Assembly: GCA_951406725.2 (NCBI GenBank)
Contig: OX597819.1
Coordinates: forward strand, 129,270,001-129,334,000
DNA from: Octopus vulgaris
Lineage: Eukaryota
Reading direction: 5' to 3'
DNA: 64,000 nucleotides
Positions 28,778-43,045 of this stretch are shown here, piece by piece. The number at the start of each line of letters is the position of its first letter. The first letter of the stretch is position 1. The position numbers and the translations under genes are program-made. Below the pieces are notes generated by a model. The model searched no databases. It saw only the letters and a program-made list of their open reading frames with translations, and was not told the DNA's origin.

Positions 28778-29576
28778 ATTTCTTTACTACCCACAAGGGG
28801 CTAAACACAGAGAGGACAAACGGATTAAGTCGATTATATCAACCCCAGTGATTTACTAGTACTTAATTTATCGACCCCGAAAGGATGAAAGGCAAAGTCG
28901 ACCTCGGCGGAATTTGAACTCAGAACGTAAACACAGACGAAATACCTATTTCTTTACTATCCACAAGGGGCTAAACACAGAGAGGACAAACAATGACCGA
29001 CAAACGGATTAAGTCGATTATATCAACCCCAGTGCGTAACTGGTACTTATTTAATCGACCCCGAAAGGATGAAAGGCAAAGTCGACCTCGGCGGAATTTG
29101 AACTCAGAACGTAAAGACAGACAAAATACCTATTTCTTTACTACCCACAAGGGGCTAAACACAGAGAGGACAAACAAGGACAGACAAACGGATTAAGTCG
29201 ATAACATCGACTCCAGTGCGTAACTGGTACTTATTTAATCGACCCCGAAAGGATGAAAGGCAAAGTCGACCTTGGCGGAATTTGAACTCAGAACGTAACG
29301 GCAGACGAAATACTGCTAAGCATTTCACCTGGCATGCTCACATTTCTTGTTTCTTTATTGCCCACAAGGGGCTAAACATAGAGGGGACAAACAAGGACAG
29401 ACAAAGGGGTTAAGTCGATTACATCGACCCAGTGCGTAACTGGTACTTAATTTATCGACCCCGAAAGGATGAAAGGCAAAATCGACCTCGGCGGAATTTG
29501 AACTCAGAGCGTAACGGCAGACGAAATACTGCTTAGCATTTTGCCCGGCATGCTAACGTTTCTGCCAGCTCGCCGC
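28778..29576 (-). mobile_element. SINE family B trimer plus adjacent monomer
   Basis: Junctions aaatacctatttc at ~28940 and ~29124; flanking aacgtagttact duplicated. Confidence 0.85.
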
Positions 29577-30009
29577 AGTTACTGACAACGTAGTTACTGA
29601 CATGCAAAAATCTTAGGATGATCACAGATGCATATGATTCTTCTCGATCAGGGATGGCCTGGGGTTTAATAACAAGAACTGCAGCTTTAGCTGTTTAAAT
29701 GAAATAAAATGGTTTCGACCGGTAGTTGAAACCAAGCCGCAGTCTCTGCTTGAGGAGAGCTGGCCCTTTTTAGTGATCCCCGTTTATATCACCAGCAGTG
29801 GTTCCAGAAACAAGTTTAGGCCACACAAACTGGAGAGGAGTGCAGCCAATTGAATCGACAATATATGATTAGTATTTATTTTATTAATTCCGTTTGCATG
29901 AAACAGATGGAGGAACAACTACGTCACCCTCTGGTACCTCCAACGGAGTTAAGTTTGAAAATTAAGTCTTGACCACGGAGACAAGTTACTAATTGTTCAC
30001 CTGTTCGGC

Positions 30010-30063
<54 letters not shown>

Positions 30064-32211
30064 TCTATAAACAAAACCACGATCATCCCCTTTCGTTTTT
30101 TTCAAGGCAGTACGTATCCAGGTGTATTTTATTCAATGTGGCCAGCTGTTTTTAAGACAGTACAGTGCGATTTTAGGGTTATTTGACTGATATTTCTAAC
30201 AGGTCAAGCAACTGCATAGAGACTCCCTTTTGTCTGATATTCCCGTCGATTCGGTCAGTTAGCATTTCCATCAGTTTACTATTCTCCATAAATATGAATG
30301 GCATCTGGTGCCTATGTGAGAAATCGATAATGATCGAAAACATTGCTATTGTAGATGAAAAAAAATAATAAAACCGATGTTTAGTTTGATGTTTCCTAGA
30401 ATTTCTTTTTGGTATTAAAAGAAAACCTGTTGAATACGGATTCTGTGAGTCAGACTGTAAGAAAAAAAATGTTGCAGAAAGAAGTCGGAAGATCGGTACG
30501 TTGTTTGAATTGTAAGAAGTGGTTTGACGACGAGGCTACACCAAATTAAAATAATTACTTCGGTAGTATCCTATAATTATTGGTCGGGTTTGGAACATAG
30601 CTGGGTTAGAAGAAGTTGATTAATTTTACATTCTAAAGAACAACATGAATGCCGCTTCAACCAGAAATAATTATATAAGAATATGTGCTTGGTTTCTCTT
30701 AACTATATTACAAAGTGGATGGAACGTAAATTTCTATAGAAGAGACGTTGCTTTAATTCTGATAAAAGATAATACTTTTTAATTATCGTTCGTTACTCTT
30801 GCGAACAAATTGTCAGCTGAGTGAGTTAATTAGGAGTACGCAGCTGCAAACGGATGAGTTGACGGTTCGTCACTAATGCGTCGATTTAACCATAACCATC
30901 ACACTTTATACTCGATTGAATCATACATGCTTATCTGTAAATAAGCACCATGAGTTAAATTCATTAATACAATATATCATTAACTTGCCACCTGAGTTCA
31001 AATGACCATTGAAACTAGTCTAGGGGCATCCAATCCTATAAGATCCTGAAATCGACAGGATCACGGTGAATTCAATCTGTGACGGTTCCTTTGACTTTTT
31101 GTTGAAGTTGGTAAGAAAAGAAATAAATACAAATAGGAATATAAATGAATACAGAAAGGGAATTAGCTGGGGTGGGATGGAGAATATCGTTCAAATCTTT
31201 CAAAGATTCATTTACAAAATACCTTTATTAAGTCAATTAATATCGATATATTTGTCCGTATCCTTACCAGACACTTTAGATTTAGAAATAAGGAGTCAAG
31301 AGAGGGGGGTGATTACAGAGGTTTTAATATGGGCGTTTGCGGGAGCCTTTGATTAAAATAAAATAAAGAAAAGATTACAAACCGTATAGACCTTCTGGGA
31401 TGGTCCCGCATCGTGTAAAATCAATCATGGTGAAGTGTTTTAGATATGTTTTCAAGTCATCTCTTTTTTCTTCGTGGAATGTGTTTATAAGCCATTTAAG
31501 AAGCACACAAAAACTGTTAGATTCACTTCAACATTAAAATTAATTTGTCAAAATATTTCGTCGCTTTGAGACCGCGACCTGTTCACCGACAAAACTTCGT
31601 GCAGCATGAAGTTCCAGCACACGATCTCAGATCAAGTCACTCGCTAAGCAAGTACATCCTTTTTCTTCTTTATCCGAAAATATCTATCACATACATCTCC
31701 AAAGTTTTCTTCGTTCTAACGTTTGTTTTTTGTTGTTGTTTTTTTTGCAACGAGCATCGTAAAGCTTCCATCAAGCTGAAATATGAAAACTAATTTTTCT
31801 TTCACACTAATCATTGTTTAAGACCAACATAGTAGCATGCACGGATGTGGTGATGGCTAAGTGCCGCTCAAGTAGTTTCTGTTTAATACTGTTGTTGTTG
31901 CTTAATCTCAAGAAGAACGGTATTACCCGATGAATCTTTATGATTTAAAGACCTTAGTAGTGTCTTTTTTAGGAACATTTCGCTGCTAATTCTAGTAGTT
32001 TAAGCGATTACTTAAAGACCTCCTCTGTTGATTCCAGTATAATATTGTTTTCAACAATATCAGCACCAAGCAGTGATTAGGCATACACGAACTTTAAGTT
32101 GGTTAAAATAAGTTTGTGACAAATTTACTGCAATTACCATGGAGAAAAAGTCTTTCTTATAGTAAAAGGTGTAAAAGCACCATATCTTCCCAGCGTTGCC
32201 CTCTATCGGAA

Positions 32212-32250
32212 TCCCAGACGTTTCGGACTCTTTAGCCTTCCTCAGTGGGA
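32212..32250 (-). ncRNA. Minimal type I hammerhead ribozyme motif (Penelope/retrozyme type)
   Basis: Minus strand reads UCCCA-CUGAGGA-A-GGCU AAAG AGUCC-GAAA-CG-UC-UGGGA: 5-bp stem I, intact CUGANGA and GAAA core, stem II with one bulge, minimal stem III, GUC cleavage triplet. Confidence 0.8.
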
Positions 32251-32355
32251 AATATCGAAGAGATTTAAAGCCGTGGCTTTAAGAAACAATTAACAACATT
32301 GATCGAGTTGCTCTGTTGGCTCACCAGCCGGGAAAAATTCAACAGTATCTATTGC

Positions 32356-32569
32356 TATTTCTTTACTACCCACAAGGGGACAAACAAGGACAGACAAACG
32401 GATTAAGTCGATTACACCGACCCCAGTGATTTACTAGTACTTAATTTATCGACCCCGAAAGGATGAAAGGCAAAGTCGACCTCGGTGGAATTAGAACTCA
32501 GAACGTAACGGCAGACGAAATACGGCTACGCATTTTGCCCGGCCTGCTAACGTTTCTGCCAGCTCGCCG
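32356..32569 (-). mobile_element. SINE family B monomer
   Basis: Homology to the family; interrupts the second copy of the 288-bp hammerhead-associated repeat. Confidence 0.82.
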
Positions 32570-33326
32570 TATCAGCGCCAAGCAGTTGTTAGGCATAGTC
32601 GCACTTTAGGTTAGTTTAAATATATTTGTGACACATTTCCACTTCTGAAGGCAAATTCACTGCAGTTAACGTGAAGAAAAATTCTCACTTAAGGTAAAAA
32701 GTGCCAAAATGCCGCACCTGCCCAGTGTTTTTTTTTTTTTTTTAAAATTAAGATCAGTTAAGAAGTAAATCCTTAACATCGAAAACAAGTATTCGTGAAG
32801 GCGGCGCTCCAGCATGGCCGCAGAAAAAATGACTGAAACAAGTAAAAGAAAAAAGAATAAAAGAATATGAATTGAATTATCTTGATAAAAGAAAGAGCAC
32901 AAAAGACTTTGATGAAATACAAAATGCTGGTCCTTTCACCATTACACTGACACTCTAACGAACAGTTTCACTTCAACTCCGGCATTTTAAGTTTAACATC
33001 CATAAAGCAACATTCTTAATTTTAAGCCATTTCTTTTCTCTTAGTTTGTCTTCAGCACAAACGTGAATGCTAAACGAACATTTACCATCCGTTTATTAAT
33101 CTCTAGTCTAGTGTCTTGTTTAAAATCACCATCGTTAGTATTGGTCTTATGTCATCTTCGTCTTTAGATAATTTAAAGCTTTCTTAAACGCAAAAGAAAA
33201 GTACTTTTAAGAAAGAAAAATACATCCTTAATCTTAATCCTATTTTTAAGTGAGGCTTCTTTTGAAGAAGTGTCTGCAGTCTGGATATCTGGAAGTAAAT
33301 TGGTTTTGTTTCCTTTTGTCTTCGAA

Positions 33327-33376
<50 letters not shown>

Positions 33377-35629
33377 CACTTAATGTTGCGTGTGTGTGTA
33401 TGTGAGGTTTTTTTATTTATACTTTACTCATTTTCTTTTTCTTTAAACTTTCGCTTAGGCGAACAACTTGAGAACTGATGCAAAACATCAAAATATAGAA
33501 TTGAAAGATTAATATATATTTCCACCGAAAAGACTTATATCGATCGATTCTGTCGGATTTGGAGCCAAACTAAGAACTTTCTATGATTTACGAAAAGATT
33601 GTTGACTCAAGTATGAAACCAGCTTTTAGAAATCCTACTTCGAGGCATCTGTTTTTCTCTCTCCTCCCGCTTTCTCTCTCTCCTTTCTCTTTAACTCACT
33701 CTGTTTTCCTCTTTTCTATCCTTCTATCTCTCTCACTCTCTCATTCTCTCTCTCCATTGCGTATTCTTTCTCCTCGTCTCACTCCAGTTCCCTGAGTAGT
33801 ATCAAACTCTATATCTGATACATTCAATTAGCAAATACCAACAAGAAGGCCTGTCAAACTTGTCATGTGATAAAGAATAACAGGATTCACGAATCAAAAT
33901 CGACGTATTCACATGATGTGGAATAATCTCACTTTCAAGAGCACTACACGAATTCTTTCTGTTGTAATCAACCCAGTAAAACTTTGTTCTAAGAAACTTC
34001 AGAGCAGGCCATATTATCTTCATAAGTTTATATTTGACTTCTGAAAGACATCGGTGGGTTAGGACTTAGAAATATTGACGTATCCCTACTGAGTGGGGTT
34101 TCTGATTTGCATTGTAACATAGCAGGAATAGAAGTTTATTGTATTGTGAATGTACCAAGTAAGAAATATGAGATGCAGCAGATCTGGTTGTTAAGAGGCA
34201 GGCCGACATTCTTATTGCTGTTCAACCCCAGCCAACGTCTGATTGAGTTGATTTATAATGAAAAGCATTCCAACCGTGACCGTGCCGTTTTGAATTTGTT
34301 TCGTTTGGTTTTTTGTTGGGTTTTTTGTTTTGTTTGGGTTTTTTTTAGGAATGGTATATCCCGGAGTACATTACGTAACACGTTTACCTATTCTTGAGAC
34401 GTTACGATAGAATTCTGAAATTTCTAACAGGTCGAGTAATAAAGTACATTCTCACCCCATTGGTTCGTCTCGCCCATAGGCTTGCCATTCTGCATTGGCC
34501 CTTTGGGTCAGGCCAGTGTTTGTTAACTATCTCTTGCCTATGGGCCCCTTTGATGCCCATTTTACTTGATGGACCTTCTTAGCCATTCGATATTTTAAAA
34601 AATCAAATTATAAAAAAATTTTAAATATTAGGAATTGTATTTAAAAAATGTTAGAATATTTTGTGTTTTGTAGAAGTAAAACTAATTTATTGCAGATAAA
34701 TGTCAACAACAAAAATCTTGTATGGACCCCCAAGGGCCAAATAGAACCCGGTTGAGAAACACTGAGTTAGGCACTTATCTGGTCCCCACAGTCCAGTTAA
34801 ACTGACTGTAATTATGGGCCCTTGTTGGATTGACTGTGGTAAACATTGCGTAATTAATTCATGAGTTTATTCAGTATGAACAAAGCATACAATAGGCTAG
34901 TAATGCATCCCATAACGAAGAGTTTCCTGACTATGTAATGCCTTGAAAGTCAGTCAAGCGAGAGTCTTTACGTGGTTGTTCAACTTGCGAGAAATAACGG
35001 CCAAATCCTCCTCAAATCACAGCCTACGTCTTAGAAATGGATATTTTGGATAATGTGGTTTTGGTTTCCTTTCACATGGGGAAAAAAACTAGATAGTCAC
35101 ATCTAGAATGAGACGAAACAACAACAATTTTTTGGTAAGAAATGTGGTGACTCCATATAGCCGTTCGTGGTGACTCTATATAGCCGTTGGATCTACAAGA
35201 AAAAACAGTCACAGTTCACTGTTTTAAAGAAAGGCAACATTGGACAATGTTTCTGGTAAACGAAAAAATGGGATGGTCACGACTGGAACGCCTCTGATTA
35301 TAGGTCTGCCCAATCAAAGTCGACATGAGATAAAAAAAACAACAACTGAGTAGAACGATTATGTGGTCCTTCCTGTACATGAACAACAAGATGAGGTGGT
35401 CATGGATGAAATGCCTTTTATCATAGCATCCTAAGATCAGGCTTGACCTTAGGCTAAACAACAATGACTCATACTACTTTATAATATTCGAACCAGCTAT
35501 AGAGCCAGCTATGGAACTACATAGCCGCTTGACCGGCTAAAAGTAGCCGTTAAATCTCCCCTCGAATTGTACCCTGTCCTCTTTCTTAATTGGATAAAGT
35601 GTTCCTGGATGCATTGTGCTTGAAAGGAA

Positions 35630-36522
35630 GCTGGGATGAAAAGCATTTGGCCGTGGATCTATGTGAGCAGAGCTGACCTGTAAATATCAACCTTGGATCA
35701 CACTTTGATCATAGATTTACCTGATCAGTGTTCAACTAGGCTGAACAACTTTGGTTTTAGGTGAAATAATTCTAGTCACAGATCCGTTTGATGAGAGCTG
35801 AAAGGTAGCTAAACATCAGCTGTTATAAATGAAATACCTTTGACCATCGGTCAGCTCGTTCATTTCTCAGCCACAGCTAGACAACAACGTCGTGGCTGGA
35901 AGGTATTTGATTATAGGTTACCTTAATCAGAGCTGAACTGTAGCTAAACAGATACCTATTTCTTTACTACCCACAAGGGGTTAAACACATACAGGACAAA
36001 CAAGGACAGACAAACGGATTAAGTCGATTATATCGACCTCAGTGCGTAACTGGTATTTAATTTATCGACCCCGAAAGGATGAATGGCAAAGCCTACCTCG
36101 GCGGAATTTGAACTCAGAACGTAACGGCAGACCAAATACCTATTTCTTTATTACCCACAAGGGGCTAAACACAGAGAGGGCAAACAAGGACAGACAAACG
36201 GATTAAGTCGATTACATCGACCCAAGTGCGTAACTGGTACTTAATTTATCGACCCCGAAAGGATGAAAGGCAAAGTCGACCTCGGCGGAATTTGAACTCA
36301 GAACGTAGCGGCAGACGAAATACGGCTACGCATTTCGCCCGGCGTGCTAACGGTTCTGCCAGCTCGCCGCCTGTAGCTAAACAGATACACCGTTATAGCC
36401 GAAAATGACTTTGATCATAGGTCATCTTAATCAGGGATCAGCTGTAGCTAAACTGCAACGGTTGTGTTCGAAAAGACCTTGATCATAGGTTTACTCCGAT
36501 GTAGAGGTGACTAAACAACAAC
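35630..36522 (+). repeat. Diverged tandem array, ~63-71-bp period, derived from the tail of an old dispersed repeat
   Basis: Recurring tttgatcatagg...tcag.gctg..ctg..gctaaacaac; anchor motif at 35741, 35809, 35877, 35944, then (after a SINE) 36377, 36448, 36511. Confidence 0.7.
35956..36370 (-). mobile_element. SINE family B dimer
   Basis: 18-bp TSD ctgtagctaaacagatac at 35938-35955 and 36371-36388. Confidence 0.88.
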
Positions 36523-37204
36523 GACCGCAACAACAGTACCAACAACATAATCGACTCCCAAGTACATATCACTTTCAATATTTAGTGCTTTTAGTGGTTC
36601 ATCAGATTGTTCGCTGAAGCGTGCATTAAATCTATATTCATTATTCAGGTTAATGACTTAAGATTGGCATTATTGTTCATTGAAGCGTTTATTGAGGTCA
36701 AAGATCCCGATCAAAATAAACTATGTTACTGAGATTAATTGATAAACCCTGTTCTAATTTTTTGGACATTATCACAAATACGTTTCGCTTTCATGTGTTT
36801 CGGTATGTACGAAGAGTTGGAGGTGCTAGTGATGAAATAAAGACAGTGGCAAAGAGAGGGATTGAGCGAAAAACAGGGTGGGAGGAGGAGGAGAGAGAGA
36901 ATAAGCGGATGAGCAATTTGATAAAGAACTGGGCAACAAGCCAACAGTGAACCAATAAGGGAGCAGGATTAAGGCAATCATTCGACTCGTTAGAAATAGC
37001 AGCCAAATCCCCCTCAAATCACTCCCTGCTTTTTTTACTTGGACCTTCAACACATGTGTCATAGGTGCACCGTATCTTTGGCATATTAACCCTCCATTTT
37101 TGTTTCTCAGTGAACATATACACACATATACACACATACACATATTTAATACATATGCACGCGCACATATAAACAGTAATAAATACATACTTGTGTTCTA
37201 TTGT

Positions 37205-37249
<45 letters not shown>

Positions 37250-37979
37250 GTGCAAGTTTATCCACAAACACAAACCCACATGCATATACACAACATACAT
37301 ATATGCATACATCTATCAATTCAGTTAACCACAAACCCCAAAAGCAGTCTTGATTTAAGCAAACGATATGTACGAATGTAGTATGATTTTTCTTTGAGCT
37401 TAATTTGAGTTCTTGAGATAGTTCAAGCCGGTTGCAAACAAAGTGACAAGATTCTTTGAGTTAAGAGAGTTCTCGATGTTTGTAAATTCGTGATTGAGTT
37501 GATGTGTTGGTTGAATGTCGATGCGTACATCCATTTGTTTTCGTGCATCTATTCACATAAGAATCTTAGATGGAGAATTTTGGGAATGTCTTACAAATCT
37601 TCACTGTGCCACTTACAGATTGGATTTGAAGAATCAGCGTCAGTTTCTTTTGCTCTTTATCCATAAAACCGAGTATATCTAGGATTTTGTGCAAATCTGC
37701 TGGTACATAACCTAATGTACGTGTGTGTGTGTGTGTGTGTGTGTGTGCATATCCTCGGTATGAGTTTAAACTGCATACGATAGTGGGGACTGGTTAGGGA
37801 GTTACATGGTTTCGAATAGTGTAGAACTGCCTCTTCGTCATTATTGTTCCCAGATATACTCTGACTCAAGTTCGATCCGAGCTCAATTCAGTTTGAACAC
37901 ATCTGTTGTTGAAACCTCTGGTTGGTCAATACTTTGAAAGCAGAATTTGGTTAACGAAAACGGTGTAGAAGCAATTCAT

Positions 37980-38005
37980 ATATAGAGTGCATGTAGATAT
38001 ATACA

Positions 38006-38044
<39 letters not shown>

Positions 38045-38195
38045 GTATTCATATTTCTATGTATACACGTATATATGTATATATACGTATGTGTGTGTGT
38101 GTGTGTATTTTATTAATAAAGTATATTACTTTACCTCCACCATTTGAGTACTATTTTTGCCACCTTGTTTCACAATTATGTACTTACTCTGATGT

Positions 38196-38265
<70 letters not shown>

Positions 38266-38470
38266 ATGTTTGTGTGTGTGTGTGTGTATATAAACATATA
38301 TATATATATATTTCTATGTATAGATATATATATATATACATATATATATGTATGTGTATATATGTATGTATATATATATATATGTATATATTTATATATG
38401 TGTATATATGCGTGTATATATATGTATGCATATATGCAAGTATATATATATTAGTATATACATAGGCATA

Positions 38471-38554
<84 letters not shown>

Positions 38555-38679
38555 TATGCATATGCATGTGTGTGATTATATATATTATATATGTGTGTGA
38601 GTACGAACACTGAGTGACGTACACTTAGATGCATTCATATATCACTCATATAGCATGCACACACACACACACAAACATG

Positions 38680-38712
<33 letters not shown>

Positions 38713-39161
38713 ACACTTATACAAATTACTTAACCAGACTGATTAAATAAGCCGTCAGGAGGGAATTGAAAACACAGTCAAAACAAAATAAATATTAATT
38801 TTTGACTCCCTTTTAGTGTTGACTCTTCATATCCATAAATATTCAGTAACTTTTTTCATAGACTCACGTCGAAATAATAATCTTTGTGGGTGCGAGTGTC
38901 GGGTATGCGTTCACATGCAATGTAGTCGGGTGTTGTGTGTTTATGCGTGTATACCTGGGTGTACAGGTGTAAAAAGGGTGTTTCGAGTTGCGATCTATTA
39001 CTTCTAAAGGTAAATAACCATTCGATAAAGGAAAAAAAAAATTGATAAATATATATATCTTGCCAGAAAGAGTTACTGGAGTCGATATAAAGGGCTTTAG
39101 AAATATGAAAATAAAACCGAAGGCGATGCCCCAGCACGGCCGCGATTAACTAACTGAAACT

Positions 39162-39253
<92 letters not shown>

Positions 39254-39292
39254 TAATATATATAAATTATTATATATATATATATATATTAT

Positions 39293-39377
<85 letters not shown>

Positions 39378-39590
39378 TTGTGCGCGTGTGAAAATATATA
39401 TATGATGTGTGTGTGGTGTGTGTGTGTGTATGTATATGTATATAGATATATATATATATAGATAGATAGATAGATATAGATATAAAGATATGTATGTATA
39501 TGTATACATATATATATATGTGTGTGTTTGTGTATCTGTGTGTGTGCGTGTATGTGTGTGTGTACGTTTATGTATGCATGCACGCACACA

Positions 39591-39650
<60 letters not shown>
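37980..39650. repeat. (TA)n/(CA)n-dominated low-complexity region
   Basis: Direct inspection. Confidence 0.9.
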
Positions 39651-40127
39651 TCCGTGTCTCGACCACTCGCACAGTTTTCTAAAAGTTAATTATTACCACT
39701 AACTGCCCCGGTGCTAAACAAATCTTTCACAAAACAGTCCAAAGAAGAAAGTAAAAAAAAAAATAAATAAAATAAAATATAAAATAATAAAATAAAAATA
39801 TAAATAAAGCTAAATTTGAAAAGAGCTTTGCAATAAGAATCCAATCAGGAAAAGGATATGCGGTGCTAAGGTTTCTATGGTTCGCATATTGGCCGAGTGG
39901 ACATTAAGAAGACAGATCGATAAGCATCCCGTGTTTGTTGTTATCATTAATAAACTAATCGATATTTCTCAACATCAATAGCGCTACCTAATTACTGTGG
40001 ATTACATGAGGATTTTACGCTTGGAAGCTGTTTTCATGAAATAATAATCATAATAAAAATGAGCCACAGAACAGTTTTTCTTTTTCAATCTAAAATACAT
40101 AATGACCATAAGAAAAGCGGTTTTATT

Positions 40128-40233
<106 letters not shown>

Positions 40234-40256
40234 ACCCTTTAATCCCTTAACTCTTT

Positions 40257-41660
40257 AACTAGTTTCAGCTCGAGAGTTGCGACCATGCTGGGGCACCGCC
40301 GTTAACTTTTCTCCATTTTCACTATTTGAAACCTCCTCTGTAATGTGGCATTTAGCGAACGGGAGCGTTCGATGCTGCTGCCCTCATTTGGATTTTTTGC
40401 TGTGAGGTAGGCTCATCCGGAACACTTGGCAAGAAGAGATCCAGTTTTGTTTTTAAAAAAAAACCTACATTCATTCACCTCATGCATGTCTCTCAAACTT
40501 TTTGGAAGAATATTGAAGAGTTGAAACCTAAGCCGTTGCAGTATCTGGTCCTGTATTTTGATGACAATGTTGGGATCTTCGGCACTATACTGTGGTGCCC
40601 CGTTCTGTTGTTTGTGTTACTTTCAATGCGAAAGTTTGGTGCACCATTCAGTATTTGTGTTTCCTTTGATATAGCTCCATTGGTCACCACTGCCTGATTT
40701 CTGTCTTTTAAAAATTTGTGTAGATACTCTCCAAGTATTCCGACCATGTTGAGATCACACTGCTTGTGACATATACCATGGTCAACTTTATTGCAAAGTC
40801 GAGATATTCCACGTTTACATTTGAGTTGTTGAGCAGCTGCTTTAACACCTAGCCGTAGTGTTGTAAGAGTTGTGTCAGGTAGTTTCTACCTGGCCAAAAA
40901 ACATGCAAGGTGTCAGTCAACAAATCATTCTCTTCAAAGAGCGCAATTAGTTTCTTGCGGTCTATTCGTTCCATGACTTTACCGATGTGTGATGTCAGAG
41001 AAATATGCTTATAATATTTAGTATCTGCTTTGCTTCCTCCTTTATGGACAGGACATATTATTCCTACTTTCAAATTGCCTGTGAGTTTACCTATTTCTTT
41101 ACTACGCACAGGGGGTTAAACACACAGGGGACAAACAAGGACAGACAAACGGATTAAGTCGATTACATCGACCCCAATGCGTAACTGGTACATATCTAAT
41201 CGACCCCGAAAGGATGAAAGGCAAAGTCGACCTCGGCGGAATTTGAACTCAGAACGTAGCGGCAGACGAAATACCGCTAAGCATTTCGCCCAACGTGCTA
41301 ACGTTTCCTCCAGCTCGCCGTCTGATTGCCTGTGAGTTTACCATTTGCAAGAAAGCTCTGAAAAAGAAGCTACATTGGTTATGCATGATTTGAGATGAGT
41401 TGTTGGGAATCCATCAGGGCCAGCAGCTGAGTTTGCGTCTACTTCATCTACGGCCAATTTTATGTCTTTAATGTCGATGCAACTGGTTGTTACTGCCTCC
41501 TTCGTTACAGATGGAATGGCAAAGAACACCGCTGGTTTTTGTCACTTGCCTCTATCCTAAAGAGGTTGTAAAAACACTTTGGAACTATTTATTCAGTATT
41601 TCACATACCCTCATTGGGCTTCCTGTGATGGAGCCATCTTTTTGACAGATAGACCCTATC
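40257..41660 (-). mobile_element. CR1-group LINE remnant (RT and 3' end, internally deleted), interrupted by a SINE
   Basis: AAGPDGFP, ICPVHKGGSK...ISLTSHIGKVMERI, LTQLLQHY, RNQAVVTNG; 3' tail ggcggtgccccagcatggtcgcaactc...ctgaaactag. Confidence 0.85.
41092..41324 (-). mobile_element. SINE family B monomer nested in LINE RT
   Basis: 18-bp TSD attgcctgtgagtttacc at 41074-41091 and 41325-41342. Confidence 0.88.
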
Positions 41661-41684
41661 TTGTAGCACATTTTGCTCAAAAGT

Positions 41685-41742
<58 letters not shown>

Positions 41743-41753
41743 GTCTATCTATC

Positions 41754-41787
<34 letters not shown>

Positions 41788-42046
41788 GTCTATCTGTCTA
41801 TCTATCTATCTGTCTGTCTGTCTGTCTGTCTATCTGTCTGTCTGTCTATTTATCTATCAATCTATATCTATATTCATATATGTGTGCGTGTGTGTATAAA
41901 CAGGTATACAGATATGTATATATGTTTACAGGTAGGTATATATACTAATATATATATATAAACAATATATATGTCTACATATATACACAATATATATTTA
42001 TGTATATATATATATATGTATATATATGTGTATATAAATATATATG

Positions 42047-42098
<52 letters not shown>

Positions 42099-42147
42099 CA
42101 TATATACATACATACATATATACATATATACATACATACATACATAC

Positions 42148-42207
<60 letters not shown>

Positions 42208-42352
42208 GTCATGAAGTAGAGTAATATCACGAATTTTATCCTGAAACTTCACTAAGCGTTACTCTAAGTTTTACGCTTTACCGATTCTTGGGTAACAAGA
42301 GCAATGTTAATACACAATCAATGTTTAATTTCATATGCACTTTGGTATATAC

Positions 42353-42406
<54 letters not shown>

Positions 42407-42810
42407 GAGAGAGAAAGAGACGCGCGCGTGTGTGTGTCCAACATTATATATTATTTGTTTTGTTTGTGAGCTCTTCAGTGAGCCATACAGTCTTTAAACT
42501 GAATTATTTGTTATTCTCGACGTAACTGATCATGTCCGACTGTGGTCTCGACTTGCGGGAGACACCTGCCAAATTGAAGAAGGACTCATTAAACGATATA
42601 GCCAATGGTATCTAAAAAGACATGTTGGTCACAAATGGGACCCCTTTGTTCGCATATCTGCTTAAGCAGGGCTCACCTGAAGTTATAACTTCAGCTAGTT
42701 GATACTTTCTACCTACTGGAAGTAGTTGTCAAATCTCCCTCAGATTACGTGTACTGTATTAAAAATACCAATGACACGCTGAATAGTGTAGTTCTAGAGT
42801 TCAAGATACC

Positions 42811-43045
42811 TATTTCTTTACTACCCACAAGGCTAAACACAGAGGGGGACAAACAAGCACAGACAAACGGATTAAGTCGATTATATCGACCCCAGTGCGT
42901 TACTGGTATTTATTTAATCGACCCCGAAAGGATGAAAGGCAAAGTCGACCTCGGCGGAATTTGAACTCAGACCGTAACGGTAGACGAAATACGGCTACGC
43001 ATTTCGCCCAGCGTGCTAACGTTTCTGCCAGCTCCACGCCGCCTT
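42811..43045 (-). mobile_element. SINE family B monomer
   Basis: Imperfect TSD tctagagttcaagatacc / tctagagtcctagatacc. Confidence 0.85.
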
